Assembly: GCA_951406725.2 (NCBI GenBank)
Contig: OX597837.1
Coordinates: forward strand, 46,810,001 to 46,874,000
DNA length: 64,000 bases
From: Octopus vulgaris
Taxonomy: Eukaryota
Reading direction: 5' to 3'
Shown: in pieces, positions 55,845 to 64,000 of the stretch
Numbering within the stretch: the stretch's first letter is position 1
How the letters are laid out: the number at the start of each line of letters is the position of its first letter
The notes under the pieces: generated by a model
Seen by the model: the letters and a program-made list of their open reading frames with translations, nothing else
Told to the model about the DNA's origin: nothing
Database searches by the model: none
Made by a program: the position numbers and the translations under genes

Positions 55845-57571
55845 CATCATCTGCAGCCAGTAGTCGTAACTATGATTATTCGTGGCTTGAGATTCATAGA
55901 CTGTCCAGCTTTCAGTGCCATACAGCAAGGAAGAAAGCACCACAGCTTAGTATACTTTATATGTATATATATACTAATAAGATGAGAAAAGAGAGAGGTG
56001 ATTAATAAATTATTTATTAATTAAAAATTTTACAAGCATCTCTTACAGCTGTTTCAATTCCAAACCTTCAGAAAATTAATTTAATTAATTTTCTAAAGGT
56101 CTGGAATTGAAACAGCAGTAAGGGATGTTTGTCAATTTTTTAATTAATAACTAATAATTTATTAATTGCCTCTTTATTTTCTCAATTATTATTATAAGAA
56201 ATAAATATATATAAACCACCGTTTCTATAGTTACCTTGCAGTTGAGTATTAAATGTGATGTTCAATATTCTTTGTATAGGTAACTAACCAGTACTTTCAT
56301 ACGATCTTGCTATCCCTGAATGAGGTTTATAGCCTTTAATTGTGCTTCTGTATACATATATATATACATTATTTACATAGGACAGATATGTGTCCTCATT
56401 TTGTTTGTTGTTACCACAATGTTTTGGCTGATATACACTCCAGCCTTCAACAGCTGTCCTGGTGGCATTTTGAATCCAACCCTGGGATTCTTAAATGGCT
56501 AACATGACTTTTGAAGTCAAAGCCCTTTTTAAAAATTATTCAGATGTCCTCATTTCTTTACAAGAGGCAATAAATGAGTTTGGCACCAACATTGCTTCCA
56601 GGGCTAATGGTATTCTTTCATGTCTCTCTATGGTCCAATACTAACATGCTCCTTCAAGAATTTTGAATCCAACCCTGGGTTCTCATTCCTAAGGTATTTT
56701 TTTGCTGGTATCATCATCATTATTATTATTATTATTTATTCAAGGCACTCTTAACCACTACGCTGTATGCCCGTGGGCAATTATAGAGTGACTTTTAGAG
56801 CTTATAAACCTAGTATTTTCTCTTTTCTTAATACTGGTTCCCATATTCTACTCCCGTATTCTACCCTGGGTCTGCTAAGGGGGTCATTGTGTCCTGGCAT
56901 ATGTGTTCCCCTCTTTTACTTATTTATTTACATTGTTTTGAATTAATCATGCATTGTCTTTTAGCTTTGAGATTCTAACGATGTAATTGTATAATTTTAC
57001 AATAACATTAAAGATTATGTGGGAAAGGCTGGACCTGCTTCGTTTCAATGGAAAACAGGTAGAATATTTGAGCCAGGTATCAAGTATTATACTTATTTAT
57101 TCTCAACATTTTGAATTCATTGTGTATTATCTTGTAGCTTCAAGAGTTCAAATCATGCGATTATTTACTTTTAGAATGACATTGTGAGTGGTCAAGATTT
57201 TGCTGGTTTGAACTTAAAACAGGTAAAATATTTGAGCCAGGTGTGGCCAATTTAAATGCTGAAGGGTTAAATCCCATTTTACTGCCTTCAAAAAGGATAT
57301 AGATAATATAAGAAAAAAAGGTAGGATGGGCATGGATGGCTGGATCATAGGTCTACTTGACAAAGGCTGATTTCTTCTTAAATAACACAGCTACAGTCAA
57401 CATTACTGCTGTCACCAACTCCACCATGACCATCACCCCACTACACACACATACCCACTGTAATTATGTTCATAAGCAATAAACTTCAGTGTTTGCAGTG
57501 ATTAAAAAAAAAACCCAAATTCTGTCCCCTGTCCCCTTATAAATGTAAATTTTTATTGCTGTTGTTTGCAG

Positions 57572-57653
57572 GAACAAGTACGTCGATGGAAATATAATGA
57601 AGAAAGATTTGAGAAAGAATTCAAGAAACGACCAAAGAAACCACCAAAACCAG
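57572..57653 (+). CDS. SH2D4: SH2D4-like second coding exon (gene presumably continues beyond the window)
   Basis: TTTGCAG acceptor. EQVRRWKYNEERFEKEFKKRPKKPPKP continues the KMRE-EQxRRW motif. GTAAGA donor. Confidence 0.9.
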
Positions 57654-57854
57654 GTAAGACAATCTCCTGGAATTGTTGTTGTTGTCACTGTTCATGTTGT
57701 CTGATATTTGGGGCATTTTAATCAGCCCTTTTGTTTAACCCCTGCCAACATCAGCCTGGTTTCAGCCTCTAGACACTTACTCTTTGTTGATTCATGATTA
57801 TACCTCAACTGATTTATACATCCACAAATACAGATTCATACACACATGCTTGTA

Positions 57855-58584
57855 CACACACACACGTACATATATGTTACACACACACACACACACACAC
57901 ACGTACATATATGTTACACATACACACACACACACACACACGTACATATATGTTACACATACACACACACACACACACACGTACATATATGTTACACATA
58001 CACACACACACACACACACGTACATATATGTTACACATACACACACACACACACACACGTACATATATGTTACACATACACACACACACACACACACACG
58101 TACATATATGTTACACACACACACACACACACACGTACATATATGTTACACATACACACACACACACACACACGTACATATATGTTACACATACACACAC
58201 ACACACACACACGTACATATATGTTACACATACACACACACACACACGTACATATATGTTACACATACACACACACACACACACACGTACATATATGTTA
58301 CACATACACACACACACACACACGTACATATATGTTACACATACACACACACACACACACACGTACATATATGTTACACATACACACACACACACACGTA
58401 CATATATGTTACACATACACACACACACACACGTACATATATGTTACACATACACACACACACACACACACGTACATATATGTTACACACACACACACAC
58501 ACACACACGTACATATATGTTACACACACACACACACACACGTACATATATTTTACACATACACACACACACACACACACGTAC

Positions 58585-58617
<33 letters not shown>

Positions 58618-58658
58618 GTACATATATGTTACACATACACACACACACACACACGTAC

Positions 58659-58693
<35 letters not shown>

Positions 58694-58697
58694 GTAC

Positions 58698-58730
<33 letters not shown>

Positions 58731-58800
58731 GTACATATATATTACACATACACACACACACACACATGTACATATATGTTACACATACACACACACATAC
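57855..58800. repeat. Minisatellite, ~34-40-bp unit GTACATATATGTTA-(CA)n
   Basis: About 25 tandem units with variable CA length. Confidence 0.95.
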
Positions 58801-60686
58801 ACATGTCAAAGTGCATGCACATGTGTGCATGTATGGACCTCTGTATCCACCTCCATGAATACAGATGTACACCCACACACGTGGCCCCACACCCATTTCC
58901 AGGGCCTTGTCCTAGACTTGTCCTAGGCAAGGTAGTAGTTATTCTCTCAAAAGGAAGTACAACATAAGTTAATTAACCAAGTAATTATAATAATATAAGA
59001 AAAGGAGAGAAAAAAGAAAAAGCTATTTTTCTTTCAAGGTACGGTCAGTGAAAGCATAACAGCACTGGTGACCCTGTTAAGGGTCTCTGAGGCCCATTGA
59101 AGGAAGGTGGAGTAACCTGGCTCAAATCCTTGCAACAGAGTGGACTCCTTCAAAGGTACCTAAGTACCAAATGATGGTACCTAAGTACCAAATGCCACCT
59201 AGTGTTAATTAAACTAGGTGGCAGTCTATCACCTAAACAGGTACAGGTATATGGAAAGCTACTCGAACATTAGGGGACAAACTGCTGGGGGTTACACCCT
59301 AGATATGCTGAACCCCAGTTGGCTCTAGAGGCTGCCATATTGTAAATTCTTCCATTTTTCTTACTTTCTCACCTGATCCTCCTTACATACAGTCTGCTTC
59401 CCATAAGTTTGGGTCTTGGTATAGGCCGAGAGGGACCACCTCGCATCCAAGGCCATTTTGTTTCTTTACAAATCCACGATTTGTTCTGAAACAAGTAAAA
59501 GAATAAAAGAATATGTGTAGCGATACAAGAGCCAGAGCTGAAGGGACGGAGTAATATACTGAACACAAGTTATCTCCCTTGAACTATTGTATTAGAATAT
59601 TGAGTAAAATTTCGTGAAGCATTGTTTGATACGAAAGAGATTTATTGTCTGAGGCTGGAATAATGTGAGACGATAGTTTGTTTTGTACCTTCTTGTTCTG
59701 TTCTGCACTTACACTGCAAATCCCTTTAATGTGTGTATATATCATTATCATATGTCCATTTTCCATGATGGCGTGGGTTGGACAGTTTGACAGGGGCTGT
59801 CTGGGCTCCATGTCTGTTTTGGCATTGTTTCCATCCTCTCTGTGAGGCCCAAAGTCTGAAGATCTTTTCCCCATCACTTCCTCCCTTGTCTTCCCACGTC
59901 TACCCCTTCCACATATTCTCTCCACAATTAGAGATTGCTATCTTGTGATGCAACTGTTTTCATGTCACCATAAACACTATTCAATTTTCAACAGATCCAC
60001 TCTGAAATTATCCTATTCCTCCCCGCCTGATATAGAGTGTATTGTTACCCCATCCTGATTCCTACTACCTAAATATAATCATAATATTGGTCAGTGCAAG
60101 GGCAATACTAACACTGACCATCATAGCATATACCATGCCCATAACCTCAACCTTATAACCAGCATTTACCAGGATATGAATATCCCCGACACCAAGGGAG
60201 GTTGGAGTATGCCTGTCTTTCTCTATCTATATACCTACACGGAACATTTTCATATTAGCTAATCACTTAATTCTATTCCTTCCACATGACTGCAACATTC
60301 AAAATACTGTCTAGATTTACCTGGGATTATACCCAAGGGCCTATACCCTCACAGAAGTATGGACTAACCTCCATACCCTCTGGAAGAAGATGTGAACTTT
60401 ATTCTCCTGTCTATATTCTTCCATCTACTGCTTTACTCTTTACTCCTTTATCTCCTATTTTATTCATTATTTTATTCCTTATAGACAGTGAATCTCCCTG
60501 TCTAGAACTTTCATACCTTCTCACTCTGTCTCTGATGATGGAATACCCAGTGTATAGACATGCTAGCCTATCACTTGGGATATCCCAGAAACAGCTGTAA
60601 GACTTCAAATTTACCTTACCCTAATTAATTATTCCAACTGACTTGAGATACCTGTGCTGCCTTGGTTTTTGTTGTAATTTTTCTTC

Positions 60687-60763
<77 letters not shown>

Positions 60764-60958
60764 ATAATAAATATTAGGGAATAAATCCAAATTTACAAGG
60801 AAAAATCAGATTTAAGATAGAATCCAATTTTATAATAAAATATTATATTATAATAAATTAGAGACAAAACCACTATTATGCAAATCAAACAAAGAAAGAC
60901 TTAAGCCAATACATAAAATATAAAATAATTTATATAAATTAAAATTTAACAAATGAAT

Positions 60959-61010
60959 AACCACTACGATCGTTTCGTGTCAGCACATCTTAGACATTCT
61001 TCAGGTGGTT
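60959..61010 (-). ncRNA. Type-I hammerhead ribozyme
   Basis: Minus strand: AACCAC-CTGAAGA-ATGTC...GACAC-GAAA-CGATCG-TA-GTGGTT. 6-bp stem I, palindromic stem III. Confidence 0.82.
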
Positions 61011-61826
61011 TCTAAACCTAAAATATAAAATATAATCAATATTTTTACGATATAAATATCTATATAATCTAAATAAACTCTATTATTAAATATGATTATA
61101 TCGAAATCGACTATAATGTTAAATATTAACTTTAATTTATAAGGTAGAAAAACCATATGCTAATATCCATTTTAGTCTATATCTCCTTATATAGATATTT
61201 GAAATAACTAATATATATAAATTATCAATGAAAATATATATAAAAATATTGTAATCAAGATCTAAAATAGACTCTATAAACGATTGTATATAATGAAAAC
61301 CTAATATATTTAATTTCTCATATTTAAAGATGAAATAGCTAATTTCAAAAACAAAAAATATATATATATATATATACACACAAGCTCATGCACCTATATA
61401 CATGTATGTATATAAACACATCCAAATACGCACACAAACTCACACACACACATATACATCTACACACACACATAAACATATAGACACTGATATATCCATA
61501 ATGCAGCCCTACACCTCTACACATCACCTATTCATACTCACACACACACACATACAATCACTCATTCATAAACATATACTCTCAACAGGACACTAACACA
61601 GAGGAGAAATAACATCCAGTATCCGCAGATACTCAACCACATACTTATAGAAATATTTCATTCTTAGTAAAATAGTATTAAATACTATATACTATATACA
61701 TGTAATAAACATATATAAATACGTAAACAAACACACACACACATATATATCTATACACACACAAATTTAGTAAAATAGTATTAAATACTATATACTATAT
61801 GTATATAACATATATAAACACGTAAA

Positions 61827-61865
<39 letters not shown>

Positions 61866-63661
61866 CTATACATACACAAACACATACAGACACGGACATG
61901 TTCTAAATTCAGCCATATACCTCTACACATCAATTATGCACACCCGCACACACACGCATACAATCACTCATACATAAACGTATGTACACTGCACTACACT
62001 AACACATAGAAGAAATAACATCAATAGCCACATATACACAACCACAAACTTATAAGAATATTCCTTACTCAGTAATATAGTATCAAAATACTATAAGTAC
62101 TAATCAAATTATGAATGGGAAAAATTATCTAATATAAATTATGCTATTATATTAGACATGGCCTAAACCATCTTAATTCGAAACCTATCTATTTATCAAA
62201 AATGTATCTAAATTATTTAATAACTAATAACATATAAAATTACGATAAATAGATCATTACATGAACAGCAAGATTAACATAAGGAGAATATTATTACTCA
62301 TAAGGCTAATACGATATTAACAATTTGGAGATCAAAGAAAACTTACCTTCTTAGCGAGTTATAAACTATGAAGTAATTTGAATCACAATACATGTTAAAC
62401 AGCGTTTAAGAAATTACGTTAGAAACAGAATAGAATAAAATATTGAATTCTTTGCGCGTGAGGAACCAACGTTATTAAAGATTATGAATGGAATATTATA
62501 TGTTTATCATTGTAAAAGGAATGAATTCACAAAAAATAAAATCTCTCAATACTATAGTATTCAATAATAAATAAAACAACCATTATAAACGCAACCCATC
62601 TAATGATCAAAAAACCACCCATTACGAAATACACAAAAACAAACCTATATAACAATCCCCCCAGATATCATAAATCACCTCCCACACCCCCCATCACATA
62701 CAAACTAGTACTCATAACAAATACATCCATACCAATTAAAAATTCACAGTACAACCACACACACGTACACACAATTATACAAGAAAACATCCAAACATAT
62801 ACATGCACATACACACATACACACACCCACACACATACACGCACAAACACACATATACACACATACACAACCCCATACATACACACACACATTCTCATAC
62901 ATTCACACACACATACACACACACATATACACCCCCCGCCACACCCATACACATATACACACACATACATATACGTTTATGAATGAGTGATGGTACCCGT
63001 GCGCGTGCGAGCATGCACAAGCAATGTGCAGAAGTACAGGATGCACTATAAACATATCCGCGTCTACATGTACCCATGCATAACAGATACAATATGTGTG
63101 TGTGGATCCGTAATGCATTTAGATAAGTTTATATACAATCGAGTATATTATACTATAATATTTATTAATGGCTATGATGGGTGAAAATTGATACAGGGTG
63201 AATTGGATGAATAGGAGCCACTTGTTGTTAGAATGTATAGGGGTGGATTAGTGTGGTTATCCCCCTACATATTGTGAATGTTTCCAATACCTTAGTATCA
63301 TAGTTTGGGATTAGTGTTCATGGCAGATCTATCTATGCTGGTTGGGGATTGCGGTGTAGCCATGCATACATATATATATATATATAGATGTGTGGGAGGG
63401 TGTCCGTGTACATGCATGTGCATGTGCGTTTGTGCACGTGTACACATGTGAATGTGCAAGTGGGTGTGTACACAATTGCACATGTACATGCATGTGCTTA
63501 TACATGCACTTGTACATGTGCATGCTCCCACGCACGCACTCTTGCACCCGTAGTGGTTATTCATTTGTTAAATTTTAATTTATATAAATTATTTTATATT
63601 TTATGTATTGGCTTAAGTCTTTCTTTGTTTGATTTGCATAATAGTGGTTTTGTCTCTAATT

Positions 63662-63697
<36 letters not shown>

Positions 63698-63844
63698 AAA
63701 AAAAATAAATATATATACACATAAAATTAGAAAAAAAACAGCTTTTATCAATTCAAAACGAACAATTAAATTACACCATCTAGAAGATTAATTGTTCATT
63801 TTGAATTTTTTCCTTGTAAGTTTGGATTTTATTCCCTCGAATAA

Positions 63845-63889
<45 letters not shown>

Positions 63890-64000
63890 TTGGTAGTTTG
63901 TGTGTCTGAAAAAGAAGCACTCTAAAATATTTGAGCAGTAATGTTATGTGTAGAAGTTTGATTGTTGTGGCTAATTAGAGAGTGACCGTTGGTTTGACAC

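Noticed and set aside
56015-56150. Complete hammerhead call (CTGAAGG...GAAACAGCTGTA)
   Set aside because: Only the 3' half is convincing; stems I and II are poor, so it is kept only as part of the fold-back finding.
57784-58967. CRISPR-like regular array and His/Thr-rich ORFs
   Set aside because: The intervening sequences are just (CA)n rather than unique spacers, the context is a eukaryotic intron, and there are no cas genes.
62080-62640. Possible retroelement coding remnant
   Set aside because: Too degenerate to assign without a database search.

Overview
This is AT-rich, microsatellite- and SINE-dense animal DNA, most likely Octopus or another coleoid cephalopod (inferred from the repeat landscape). 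Three spliced protein-coding genes can be reconstructed by hand. (1) A 4-exon, ~344-aa membrane-anchored JmjC/cupin dioxygenase-like gene (+, 6536-14202). (2) A complete 6-exon ZNHIT1/Vps71 gene (-, 21278-15542, 164 aa) whose intron 4 is a U12-type AT-AC intron. (3) The first two coding exons of an SH2D4-like gene (+, 54875-57653), with no further exon found in the window. The rest is transposon debris: tRNA-SINEs, RTE, CR1, R4/Dong, Tx1, Penelope/GIY-YIG, mariner, Helitron and MITEs. The most notable non-coding signal is about a dozen intact or decayed type-I hammerhead ribozyme motifs with short palindromic stem III. They include a tandem retrozyme-like pair inside the U12 intron, outward-facing ribozyme pairs forming fold-back elements, and a candidate G3-C8 core-swapped hammerhead present on both strands. 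All folds and translations were done by eye; no activity is demonstrated.
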